Shown piece after piece: positions 9,424 to 17,866 of a stretch of DNA of 64,000 nt. The translations under genes were made by a program, and so were the position numbers. The stretch is from contig CAZTAO010000012.1 in assembly GCA_964611645.1 (NCBI GenBank), positions 44,688 to 108,687 on the forward strand, given 5' to 3'. Numbering within the stretch: the stretch's first letter is position 1; each line of letters opens with the position of its first letter. A model generated the notes under the pieces. It had not been told where the DNA came from, did not search any database, and saw nothing but the letters and a program-made list of their open reading frames with translations. This DNA comes from an uncultured bacterium (GTDB taxonomy: Bacteria; Armatimonadota; UBA5829).

Positions 9424-10539
9424 CTAGTCTGCTTCGGCTAATGTGAAGTAGAATGTGGCTCCCTCATCGACACGGGCCTCTGCCCAGAGTTCGCCCCCGT
9501 GTCTTGTGACGATTCTGTGTACTATTGCCAAACCAACCCCTGTACCCGGACATGCCTTATCCGAGGGCAGATTCTGGAACGGCGCGAACAGATTGATCCC
9601 GCAATCCTCAGAGAATCCGCTTCCGTTATCTTTCACAAAGAATGCCTTGCGCCCGTCGACAACATTCTTGCCGAACTGTATTCTCGCGCGATCGCGGCCT
9701 GCAGTGAACTTCACGGCATTGCCGAAAATATTCTCCAGCACAACCTCAAGCAGATGGCCATCTCCCACGGCAGAGAGTCCAGGCTCGATCTCAAACTCAA
9801 TCACACGATCAGCATGGCCAATCTGCATGCGTTTGCCAATCCGGGTGGCGATCTTGGAAAGATCAACGCTTTGAGTCTGCACGCCTGCTTGCGACACGCG
9901 CGACAGCTTGAGCAGGTCGTCAACAAACTGCATCATGCCATTGGCTTCCGTTCGCACGCGCTTTACGAATGACCGTCCCTGCTCGTCAAGCCGGTCCGCG
10001 TAGTCCTCCAGGAGCACCTGACTCATGCTGTACATCCGCAGGACCGGCGCTCGCAAGTCGCCCGAAATGGCAGCAGAAAATACCTCCAGTTCCCTGTTGG
10101 CAGTTTCGAGCTTTTCGTAGCTCTCCTCCAGGAGGCGCTTCTGCCGATGAAGTTCCAGGTGGGTGGCAACACGCGCCTGCACCTCCGGGAACTCAAACGG
10201 CTTAGTCACGTAATCAACCCCGCCCACTTCGAACGCTTTCACCTTGTCCATTGTCTGGTTCAGCGCGCTAATGAAGATCACTGGGATCTCCGCCAACTCC
10301 TCATCAGTCTTCAGGCGCTGACAGACCTCGTACCCGTCCATCTCCGGCATCATAATGTCGAGCAGGATCAGGTCGGGTGGGGAATGCTTTGCCGTCTGCA
10401 GGGCAAACTTCCCGCTGGAAACGGCTCTGACTTTGTATCCTAGCTTCTTGAGCATCCCGGTCAGGAGGCGCAGATTTGCTGGAGTATCGTCTACAACGAG
10501 AATGCTTGGCATGGGCTGTGGAATACTGGGCTTCTCCAT
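9424..10539 (-). CDS. REC plus histidine-kinase-like protein with a degenerate H-box (Gly replaces the phospho-accepting His)
   Basis: ATG 10539 overlaps the upstream TAA by 1 nt. The REC domain is about 85% identical to that of the 8271-9389 gene. The dimerisation helix reads FSAAISGDLRAPV (GGC codon) where the canonical sequence is S-H-D-L-R-A-P. The ATP-binding boxes (DNGSGF, GTGVGLAIV) are retained. Confidence 0.85.
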   Translation of the reverse strand: MEKPSIPQPMPSILVVDDTPANLRLLTGMLKKLGYKVRAVSSGKFALQTAKHSPPDLILLDIMMPEMDGYEVCQRLKTDEELAEIPVIFISALNQTMDKVKAFEVGGVDYVTKPFEFPEVQARVATHLELHRQKRLLEESYEKLETANRELEVFSAAISGDLRAPVLRMYSMSQVLLEDYADRLDEQGRSFVKRVRTEANGMMQFVDDLLKLSRVSQAGVQTQSVDLSKIATRIGKRMQIGHADRVIEFEIEPGLSAVGDGHLLEVVLENIFGNAVKFTAGRDRARIQFGKNVVDGRKAFFVKDNGSGFSEDCGINLFAPFQNLPSDKACPGTGVGLAIVHRIVTRHGGELWAEARVDEGATFYFTLAEAD

Positions 10540-13271
10540 TATGATTGTGCTCCCGTCTTGATGCCATCCAGCAGGCACTGGTAGTCGAATGCTTCAATGC
10601 AGTTCCTAAGATACTGCGATTTACGCCTGTCGTATTGCTCGACCTCATCCGCAAGCAGCAGCAGTTGGTCGTGGTCCGCATCCATCGCCGCTTCCCCCAG
10701 ACGGGCAGCCAACTCATCGGGCAGCGGCAAAGCGACTTCCTGAACCTGGGCGCATTCCGATCCGGGGATGCAAGCCTCAGCCTCTTCGGCATCTGCCTGC
10801 GGCTCGCTGCTCGGAGCCCCATTCTCTTTGGCAAACGCCAACGCCAAACTCAACGTCTCCTCGAATTCCTTTATCTTGATGGGTTTGGTGAGATACTGGA
10901 AGAATCCTGCCTCCATTCCCTTTTCGATGTCGCGGGGCATGGCATTCGCGCTGACAGCAACTATGGGTATGTGGGCTGTCGAAGAGTGCTCACGAAGGAT
11001 ATGCATCGCGTCGACCCCACTAATGCCAGGCAGGTTGATGTCCATAAGAATCACATCCGGCTGATGCTTGTGAGCAAGTTCGATGCCGGCATTAGCTTCG
11101 ACTGCGGTCAGCAGCCGCAGATCCGCGTGTCGCGCGATAAGCTGCTCCACCAGTTTCATGTTGGCCGGATTGTCTTCGATATAGAGCAGGGTATGAAGCA
11201 CCAAGCCTTCCTGGTAATGAGCATGGGTGACTTCCGGAGGTCCGGCTTTCTCGACTAACAACATCGGCGCGGTGTCAGCGCTGAACTCTATCCAGAACAC
11301 GCTACCCACCCCAACAGTGCTTTCCACCCCAATGACTCCGTCCATAAGCTCAACAAGTCGCTTGCTCATAACCAGGCCTATGCCTGTGCCTTCCTGGCCG
11401 CCGCCCTCTTGACCAAGCCGATTGAACGACTGGAAAAGCTGCGCCACCTTTTCCGGTGGCAACCCCATACCTGTATCCCTGACGCTGATACGAATCCGGC
11501 CCGGCGTACTCGTTGCGTGGGTCACCACTATTGAGCCTCCCTCGCGGTTGTACTTGATCGCGTTGGAGAGTATATTGATGATGACCTGCTTCAGACGCGT
11601 CCGGTCGGCGTGGACAAAGCATGGGGTGTCCATGTGGGGGAATGTGATACTGATACCCCGCTTCTGAACCTGTGGTTCCATCATTGTCTGGATTTCCAGC
11701 ATGATCTCTGCCAATGACACCGGTTCCATCGACAGCGCGACCTTCCCAGACTCTATAATTGCCAGATCGAGGATTTCATTTATCAGGGCCAGCAGGTACC
11801 ATCCCGCCTCAAGAATCTGGCTGATGCTTGCTTGTTGGGAGGACGTCGGCGGAGGGGTGTCGCCTTCCATAAGCTGCGCGAAACCCAGGATTGCGTTGAG
11901 CGGGCTTCGCAGTTCGTGGCTCATGCTGGAAAGAAACTCCGATTTCGCGCTGTTAGCCTTCTCCGCAACCGACTTGGCGTTCGTGAGCGTTGCCTCGAAT
12001 TGCCTCAGCTCCGTAAGGTCGCGGGTCAGTTTGGCGAAGCCGCGCAAATTGCCATATTGGTCTCGGATCGAGGTAAAAACAACATTTGCCCAGAATGTCA
12101 GCCCATCGTTGCGCACCCGCCATCCTTCGTCCCGGAACCGTCCCTTGGCTGCCGCCTCATCCAGGTCGCGTTGTGGCTTGCCGCTCTTGATGTCTTCACT
12201 GGTGTAGAAGATGGAGAAGTGTCTGCCCAGAATGTCTTCGGCGCGATAGCCGTTAATTCTGTCCGCTCCGGTATTCCAACTGGTTACCCGCCCATCAGGA
12301 TCGAGCATCACTATGGCGTAGTCGGTCACGCTCTCTATCATCAGCCGGAAGCTCTCTTCGGTCCATCGAAGCTCATCTTCCACTTGCTTTCGAGCGGTGT
12401 TGTCGGTTCCGATCAGCAGATATCCGATTATTGTGCCTTGTTCGTCACGCAACGCCGTTACCGACACCATCGCGGGAAACCGGCTGCCGTCCTTGCGGAT
12501 ATAGGTGAGTTCGTATATATCTTCAATCCCTCGGGAGGCTTTGAAGACCAACGCCTCAAAACCCGGCTTGATAGGGGTTCCGAGTTCCTGGCTCAACGCC
12601 TCGGCTCGCGCGATTACTTCCTGTGGGTCGGAGATATCGGCGGGCGTAATCTTGTTCATCACTTCGTCTGCCGTGTAACCCAGCATCCGCTCGGCCCCGA
12701 CATTGAATATCTGGATTACGCCCTTTTCATCGGTGGCAATACTGGAGAAGTTGGCGCTCTTGAAAATCGCGTTCTGCAGGGCGCCCGCTTGAAGCAGCGC
12801 CGCTTCCGCCTGTTTGCGCGCGGTATTGTCGGTTCCGATAAGCAGATAGCCGATAATGGCGTCCTGGGCATCGCGCAGCGCTGTGACCGACACAACCGCT
12901 GGGAAACGGCTGCCATCCTTGCGGATGTAGGTCAGTTCATAGATATCCTCAATCCCTCGGGAGGCCTTGAAGACCAATGCCTCGAAGCCCGGCGTAATCG
13001 GCGTCGAGAGTTCGACGCTCAACTCCTTGGCCCGCGCTATCACTTCCTGCGGATCAGAGATATCTGCAGGCGTGATCTTGTTCATCACTTCGGCAGCCTT
13101 GTAGCCAAGCATCCGCTCGGCTCCGACGTTGAATATCTGGATAACCCCATTCGCATCGGTGGCAATGCTCGAGAAGTTGGCGCTGTTGAAGATCGCACTC
13201 TGCAGAGCGCCCGCCTTGAGTTCGGTGCCGATGAGCAGATAGCCGATGATGGCGTCCTGCGCGTCGCGCAA
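10539..13271 (-). CDS. Hybrid sensor histidine kinase, multi-PAS (PAS modules, HisKA, HATPase_c, REC). This is the body downstream of an in-frame TAG.
   Basis: The track ORF begins at an internal TTG. The same frame stays open up to 13352, directly after TAG 13355-13353. H-box: SHELRSPLNAI. G-boxes: DTGMGLP and GTGIGL. REC: LLYIEDNPANM...VILMDINLPG...TKPI. Confidence 0.85.
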   Translation of the reverse strand: MRDAQDAIIGYLLIGTELKAGALQSAIFNSANFSSIATDANGVIQIFNVGAERMLGYKAAEVMNKITPADISDPQEVIARAKELSVELSTPITPGFEALVFKASRGIEDIYELTYIRKDGSRFPAVVSVTALRDAQDAIIGYLLIGTDNTARKQAEAALLQAGALQNAIFKSANFSSIATDEKGVIQIFNVGAERMLGYTADEVMNKITPADISDPQEVIARAEALSQELGTPIKPGFEALVFKASRGIEDIYELTYIRKDGSRFPAMVSVTALRDEQGTIIGYLLIGTDNTARKQVEDELRWTEESFRLMIESVTDYAIVMLDPDGRVTSWNTGADRINGYRAEDILGRHFSIFYTSEDIKSGKPQRDLDEAAAKGRFRDEGWRVRNDGLTFWANVVFTSIRDQYGNLRGFAKLTRDLTELRQFEATLTNAKSVAEKANSAKSEFLSSMSHELRSPLNAILGFAQLMEGDTPPPTSSQQASISQILEAGWYLLALINEILDLAIIESGKVALSMEPVSLAEIMLEIQTMMEPQVQKRGISITFPHMDTPCFVHADRTRLKQVIINILSNAIKYNREGGSIVVTHATSTPGRIRISVRDTGMGLPPEKVAQLFQSFNRLGQEGGGQEGTGIGLVMSKRLVELMDGVIGVESTVGVGSVFWIEFSADTAPMLLVEKAGPPEVTHAHYQEGLVLHTLLYIEDNPANMKLVEQLIARHADLRLLTAVEANAGIELAHKHQPDVILMDINLPGISGVDAMHILREHSSTAHIPIVAVSANAMPRDIEKGMEAGFFQYLTKPIKIKEFEETLSLALAFAKENGAPSSEPQADAEEAEACIPGSECAQVQEVALPLPDELAARLGEAAMDADHDQLLLLADEVEQYDRRKSQYLRNCIEAFDYQCLLDGIKTGAQS

Positions 13272-13610
13272 CGCCGTGACAGATACAACCGCTGGGAAGC
13301 GGCTGCCGTCCTTGCGGATGTAGGTAAGTTCGTATATGTCCTCAATGCCTCGCTAGGCCTTGAACACCAACGCCTCGAAGCCCGGAGTGATTGGCGTGGA
13401 CAACTCTACGCTTAGCGACTTGGCGCGCGCAATCAATTCCTGCGGATCGGAAATGTCGGCGGGAGTGATCTTGTTCATCACTTCGTCTGCCATGTAACCC
13501 AGCATCCGCTCGGCCCCGACATTGAATATCTGTATGACGCCCTTCTCATCGGTGGCTATACTGGAAAAGTTGGCGCTGTTGAAAATCGCGTTCTGCAAGG
13601 CCCCTGTTAC
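12400..13610 (-). repeat. Three tandem, roughly 85-90% identical PAS-module repeats (about 390-415 nt each) inside the hybrid kinase gene
   Basis: The block GALQ(N/S)AIF.SANFSSIATD..GVIQIFNVGAERMLGY...ITPADISDPQE.IARA...PGFEALVFKASRGIEDIYELTYIRKDGSRFPA.VSVTALRD...IIGYLLIGT occurs three times. The DNA copies are visibly alignable. Confidence 0.85.
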
Positions 13611-13721
13611 CAGGGCCGCCTTGTCCGCGGCAACGCCACGGTGGCGGACGACATCGTTGGACTCGTCCGGAGTGACCAGGCCAGCGTCTAGAGCCGTCGC
13701 TCCCAACTGCTTGTTCTTCAT
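13353..13721 (-). CDS. N-terminal fragment of the same multi-PAS kinase (first PAS module), ending at an in-frame TAG
   Basis: Same reading frame as 10539-13271 (13784 and 13271 are both 2 mod 3). The likely start is ATG 13721 (MKNKQLGATALD...). It ends ...GFEALVFKA-TAG, where the other two repeats read FKA-S-RGIEDIY. Confidence 0.6.
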   Translation of the reverse strand: MKNKQLGATALDAGLVTPDESNDVVRHRGVAADKAALVTGALQNAIFNSANFSSIATDEKGVIQIFNVGAERMLGYMADEVMNKITPADISDPQELIARAKSLSVELSTPITPGFEALVFKA

Positions 13722-14074
13722 TTGTATGTATCCGGAGCCTTTCTGCGCGCGAGAGGGACGGGTGTCGACATAGGGACCCCGCAAATGTTGTGCAAAGTGG
13801 AAGAGCCGCCACCCACGTCAGTCGTGCCGGCTTAGTTGAGACCTCAGATTGCCTGTTTAGTATACCCCGTTTGCCTGTCGCTGAAGAGTTTCTTGGGTCA
13901 CAGAGTATGTGAACGGATGGCGCGTTCCTGAACTAGTCGGCCAACCGCTCTCCCAAGCGCTTTGTTGCTTGTGAATATGGGTATTATTATGAGAAAATGG
14001 AGCGGTTTGGCGCAGTATTCCGCCTCGTCGGAATTCCGCGAAGGGCCAGTTCGACACTAATCGAGGGTATTGCA

Positions 14075-14488
14075 ATGAGAATATCTATGTCTACAGGAAT
14101 GTGTTTGCTTGTGTTACTGGTTGCCTTTGCCGCAACGGCCGTGGCGCAATCGGTCCCCAAGACCCATGATATTTACATGGGCGGCTACGTGATCATGCGA
14201 ATTCGCACGGGATCGGAAGAGCTATCCATCAAGGAGCGCAAGCTGATAGTCCAGCAGCGCGTCACCGACCTGATGCAGTGCACGGATACGGGTGAGATCG
14301 AGGTCAAGGTCACCAAGAACGGCAGCGACTACAACATCACTGCCAACGGCATACTCATAGTCACAGTATCCTCTGACGATGCTCGGGCCAACAAGACCAC
14401 TGCGTGGAAGCAGGCGAAAGCTTGGGCCTCGAACATAGAAAAGACATTCCCAAAAGCCGCATCGGCATGTAAGGCCCCGGCCAAGTAG
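14075..14488 (+). CDS. Secreted protein of unknown function (paralogue 1)
   Basis: ATG 14075 follows GAGGG. Signal peptide: MRISMSTGMCLLVLLVAFAATAVAQ. It shares GGY.IMR.R.G..ELS..ER.LIVQQR.T.LM.CTDTG...ANGILIVTV...A.ANKTT with the 14718-15170 gene. Confidence 0.7.
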   Translation: MRISMSTGMCLLVLLVAFAATAVAQSVPKTHDIYMGGYVIMRIRTGSEELSIKERKLIVQQRVTDLMQCTDTGEIEVKVTKNGSDYNITANGILIVTVSSDDARANKTTAWKQAKAWASNIEKTFPKAASACKAPAK

Positions 14489-14524
14489 CGCCGGGTTCAA
14501 GGGAATATATACGGAACACACAGT

Positions 14525-14555
14525 GAGGGCAGGCGTAGGCCTGCCCTCATTTTGC
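14525..14555 (+). terminator. Rho-independent terminator-like hairpin
   Basis: GAGGGCAGGC-GTAG-GCCTGCCCTC followed by ATTTTG, about 37 nt after the stop at 14488. Confidence 0.6.
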
Positions 14556-14717
14556 ATCTTGACTCCCCCGTTCAGGCCCATCATCGCTCGGGATTGCGCG
14601 GAAACAGCGTGAACAGGACCTGATCCCGGCTGTTTCCCCGTTTCCGGTTTGGTCCAGGCGCGATATGGGTACCCATAATGTGAAGTAACTTGCAGCAAAC
14701 TTTGGAGGTTGATTGGT

Positions 14718-15170
14718 ATGAAGAGAGCATTGGCCGTAGGGATAATGGTGGTGTTGCTCCTGACGCTTATGGCAGGAGTCGCGATGGCGCAAGGCAGCAA
14801 GAAGGTCTACGGGATATATGTAGGGGGATACTTGCTTATGCGACTGCGAGTAGGGACTCCCGAGCTTTCCCTTTCCGAGCGAAGGCTGATAGTGCAGCAG
14901 CGAGCCACGAACTTGATGATGTGCACCGACACCGGCAAGGTGAATGTGTCGAGTATGAAGTCGGTGAAGTGTACGCCGAAGTGCGTTCCGGTCGGCGACA
15001 ACTACAACGTGTATGCTAATGGCATACTGATAGTCACGGTAACCAAGGCAGACGCAGTGGCCAACAAGACTACCGTATATCGCCAGGCAAAGCAATGGGC
15101 GGACCGGATCAAGGAAGTATTTCCCGCCGCATACACAAAATGCAACCCAATGGGGCAGCCTGCGGAGTAG
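14718..15170 (+). CDS. Secreted protein of unknown function (paralogue 2)
   Basis: ATG 14718 lies 9 nt after GGAGG. Signal peptide: MKRALAVGIMVVLLLTLMAGVAMAQ. It is a paralogue of the 14075-14488 gene. Confidence 0.7.
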   Translation: MKRALAVGIMVVLLLTLMAGVAMAQGSKKVYGIYVGGYLLMRLRVGTPELSLSERRLIVQQRATNLMMCTDTGKVNVSSMKSVKCTPKCVPVGDNYNVYANGILIVTVTKADAVANKTTVYRQAKQWADRIKEVFPAAYTKCNPMGQPAE

Positions 15171-15297
15171 TAGTTCGGCTCATAGGACTAGTTGAGTAAC
15201 AAGAGCATCGCGGATAAGTACGGGCTGCCTCTTAACGGGCGGCAGATGTGAGAGCGGTTTCCCTGAGGAAACTGCGAGGGGAATGTCGAAGTAGAGA

Positions 15298-15322
15298 GCG
15301 GGCAGGATTTCGTCCTGCCCGC
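15298..15322 (+). terminator. GC-rich hairpin (possible terminator or attenuator) upstream of the HIT gene
   Basis: GCGGGCAGGA-TTTCG-TCCTGCCCGC. There is no clear U-tract. Confidence 0.35.
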
Positions 15323-15350
15323 ATACTCATTTGCAACAGGAGGCGGATCG

Positions 15351-15695
15351 GTGCAAGACTGCATCTTCTGCGACATCGCCGCCGGCAAGATCGGCAAGCT
15401 CATCTACGAGGACGAATCCGTCGCCGCGTTCGACGACCTCAACCCCCAGGCGCCTGTTCACGTGCTCATTATTCCAAAGCAGCACATCGCCAAGCTTTCG
15501 GATGTGACCAACGAGCCGGAGGCGAACCTGATGGGGCGCATACTGCTGGCAGCCAACCATATCGCCACACAACGAGGCATCGTCGAAGACGGCTATCGCG
15601 TGGTGATCAACTGCAACGAGGGCGCGGGGCAGTCGGTCTGGCACGTCCACTTCCACCTGCTCGGCGGCAGGAAGCTAGGCTGGCCGCCGGGGTAG
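15351..15695 (+). CDS. HIT (histidine triad) family protein, HinT-like
   Basis: GTG 15351 follows GGAGG. Motifs: CIFCDI, PQAPVHVLIIPK and the histidine triad QSVWHVHFHLLGG. Confidence 0.9.
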   Translation: MQDCIFCDIAAGKIGKLIYEDESVAAFDDLNPQAPVHVLIIPKQHIAKLSDVTNEPEANLMGRILLAANHIATQRGIVEDGYRVVINCNEGAGQSVWHVHFHLLGGRKLGWPPG

Positions 15696-15861
15696 TATCC
15701 CCCGATTCTGGGCCGGCAGCAACCCGGCAAGTCTGGGCCGGCAGCAGGTTTGGCAGGTCTAACGGTTCCCTGCCAACACCTGCGAGAGGCTTCCCTGGCA
15801 GGTAATCTCGAGTCTTTCCAGAGATCACGGTGTTTGCGACTGAAATAATAGGGGCCAACTG

Positions 15862-16968
15862 ATGGATGAACCGCAGTACTACGACCTGATCATACTCGGA
15901 GCCGGGCCGGCTGGAATGACGGCCGCAGTATATGCCGCGCGTAAGCAGGTCAAACAGGTGATCCTCTGTCAGAATGTCGGAGGCCAGGCCAACTGGAGTT
16001 CCGGCATCGAGAACTACCTCGGCTACATCTCCATCACAGGCCCGGAACTGGTTCAAAAGTTCGAGGAGCACCTGAACCAGTTTGCGCTGGACCTGAGATA
16101 CGCTAACATCACCAAGCTTTCTGTCGCTCCGGGCGGATACAGAGTGGACACCGACAGCGAGGGCGCGTTCGCGGCAAAAGCGGTAATTGTAGCCACGGGG
16201 AAATCGCCAAGGCTGCTGGGTGTTCCCGGCGAGAGAGAGTTCGCGGGCCGCGGAGTCACCTACTGCGCCACCTGCGACGGCCCGCTGTATGCCGGGAAAG
16301 AGGTGGCGGTGGTCGGCGGGGGAAACTCAGGGCTTGATGCAGTCCTCCAGTTGATGAGGATATGCCCGAAAGTGTACTTGTTTGAGAGTTCGGACAGCCT
16401 TCGAGCGGATCCGATGGTGCAGGTTCGCGCCCTGGCCGCGCCAAACGTGGAAGTGATACTAAGTACGGCGGTTCGGGAGATAAGGGGCGATGTCCTGGTG
16501 AGGGAGATTGTGGTTGAAGACCAGATAACCGGGGCAACGCGCGAGATTGATGTGCAGGGAGTGTTTGTGGAGGTCGGGCTGAGCCCCAACACGAGCTTCC
16601 TGGGCGAATTGCTAAGGCTCAACGAGATTGGCGAGATACAGGTCGACTGCGCGAGCCAGGTGGAGCTTCCCGGCCTGTTTGCCGCGGGAGACGTCACCAG
16701 CGTTCCCGAAAAGCAGATTATCATAGCCGCCGGTGACGGCGCCAAAGCCGCTCTGGGGGCATATTCGTTCCTGGTGCGTTCCCCGGAGGTGGTGGACTGG
16801 GGGCAGTCACCCCCGAGACGCTCAGCGAGTTGGGAACAGGTGCGCACTGGCGTTTCCGCGAGTGGCACGGACGAACTACTCGGCGCCGTCGCAAGCCGGC
16901 AAGACCCCACCCCGAAACCCCAGAGCCTGCTGGATACCAGACCGGACCCGGAATCGAGTTCGGGGTGA
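15862..16968 (+). CDS. Thioredoxin-disulfide reductase-like FAD/NAD(P) oxidoreductase with a low-complexity C-terminal extension of about 60 aa
   Basis: Motifs: LIILGAGPAGMTAAVYAAR, the redox CxxC in YCATCDG, VVGGGNSGLDAV and GLFAAGDV. The tail RSPEVVDWGQSPPRRSASWEQ...PDPESSSG is atypical for this family. Confidence 0.8.
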   Translation: MDEPQYYDLIILGAGPAGMTAAVYAARKQVKQVILCQNVGGQANWSSGIENYLGYISITGPELVQKFEEHLNQFALDLRYANITKLSVAPGGYRVDTDSEGAFAAKAVIVATGKSPRLLGVPGEREFAGRGVTYCATCDGPLYAGKEVAVVGGGNSGLDAVLQLMRICPKVYLFESSDSLRADPMVQVRALAAPNVEVILSTAVREIRGDVLVREIVVEDQITGATREIDVQGVFVEVGLSPNTSFLGELLRLNEIGEIQVDCASQVELPGLFAAGDVTSVPEKQIIIAAGDGAKAALGAYSFLVRSPEVVDWGQSPPRRSASWEQVRTGVSASGTDELLGAVASRQDPTPKPQSLLDTRPDPESSSG

Positions 16969-17000
16969 CGTGTTGTATAGGCGCATATTGAGAACCTGCG

Positions 17001-17025
17001 AAGCCCGCTTCGGCGGGCTTTGTTG
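17001..17025 (+). terminator. Rho-independent terminator
   Basis: AAGCCCGC-TTCG-GCGGGCTT followed by TGTTG, 33 nt after the stop at 16968. Confidence 0.65.
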
Positions 17026-17108
17026 CGTCAGCCCGGTGTTTGAACGCCGGGGCGCTGTCAGGGCAATGTGGTATACTCTTTCAAGCAGCGAAATGGAGGA
17101 GCTAGTTG

Positions 17109-17855
17109 ATGAACGGCAAGGTAGCTTTGGTAACTGGCGGCTCGCGGGGTCTTGGAGCGGCGACGGCAGTGGCTCTGGCGAAGGCCGGGGCACGCGTGTT
17201 CATCAACTACACTTCCAGTGAGACTGCGGCGCTTGAGATTGCGGCACAGATAGCATCCTTTGGCGGAGAGGCCATAGTCCATCGCGCTGACGTAGCAAGC
17301 GAAGACGAAGTCAGAGAGATGATGGATCGATGTGCCAGCCAGCTTGGTTCGTTGGACATACTCGTCAACAACGCCGCCGTGAACTCAGACTACCTGGTTG
17401 AAGAGATGGCGGTGGAGGAGTGGGACCGGGTGATGGCGGTCAACCTCCGCGGGACGTTTCTCTGCTCCAAGCATGTGATCCCGCCTATGAGACAGGGCGG
17501 GTATGGCAGGATCATCAACCTCGCCAGCCAGGGAGTGCGCAAGGGATCGATTGCCCACGCACACTATTCGGCTACTAAGATGGGTATCATCGGCTTCACC
17601 CGCTCACTCGCAAGAGAGCTTGGCAGCGATGGGATAACGGTGAACACGGTCTCGCCCGGCAGAATAATGACCGATATGCTCGCCTCCAACCTCCGGCATA
17701 CCAACAAGGCTGATGAATGGCTCAAGCAGACACCTCTCGGCAGGTTCGGGGAGCCGGAGGATGTTGCGGAGATGATAGTGTTTCTTGCCTCGGATAGGGC
17801 TTCATACATAACAGGGCAGGTCTTCGCCGTAGACGGCGGCCTGCTGATGCAGTAG
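17109..17855 (+). CDS. SDR family oxidoreductase (FabG-like 3-oxoacyl-ACP reductase type)
   Basis: ATG 17109 lies 9 nt after GGAGG. Motifs: TGGSRGLG, NNAA and the catalytic YSATK. Confidence 0.85.
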   Translation: MNGKVALVTGGSRGLGAATAVALAKAGARVFINYTSSETAALEIAAQIASFGGEAIVHRADVASEDEVREMMDRCASQLGSLDILVNNAAVNSDYLVEEMAVEEWDRVMAVNLRGTFLCSKHVIPPMRQGGYGRIINLASQGVRKGSIAHAHYSATKMGIIGFTRSLARELGSDGITVNTVSPGRIMTDMLASNLRHTNKADEWLKQTPLGRFGEPEDVAEMIVFLASDRASYITGQVFAVDGGLLMQ

Positions 17856-17866
17856 AGGGTACGAAT

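Noticed and set aside
13353-13355. The in-frame TAG as pyrrolysine or a reassigned codon, tempting because MttB-like genes are present
   Set aside because: The MttB-like ORFs here contain no in-frame TAG. No pylT/pylS/pylBCD genes are visible. TAG terminates several well-supported genes in the window. The aligned codon in the sister repeats is Ser, not Lys-like. Code reassignment is not supported.
11832-13415. Long antisense or off-frame ORFs typical of high-GC DNA (for example 11832-13415 plus, 2205-3239 plus, 4663-5913 plus, 5729-6808 minus, 47819-49537 minus, 49314-50534 minus, 61069-62265 minus, 62950-63975 minus)
   Set aside because: Each overlaps a gene with clear family motifs on the other strand or in another frame. 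Their products are Arg/Ala/Gly/Pro-rich low-complexity sequences without start-site signals.
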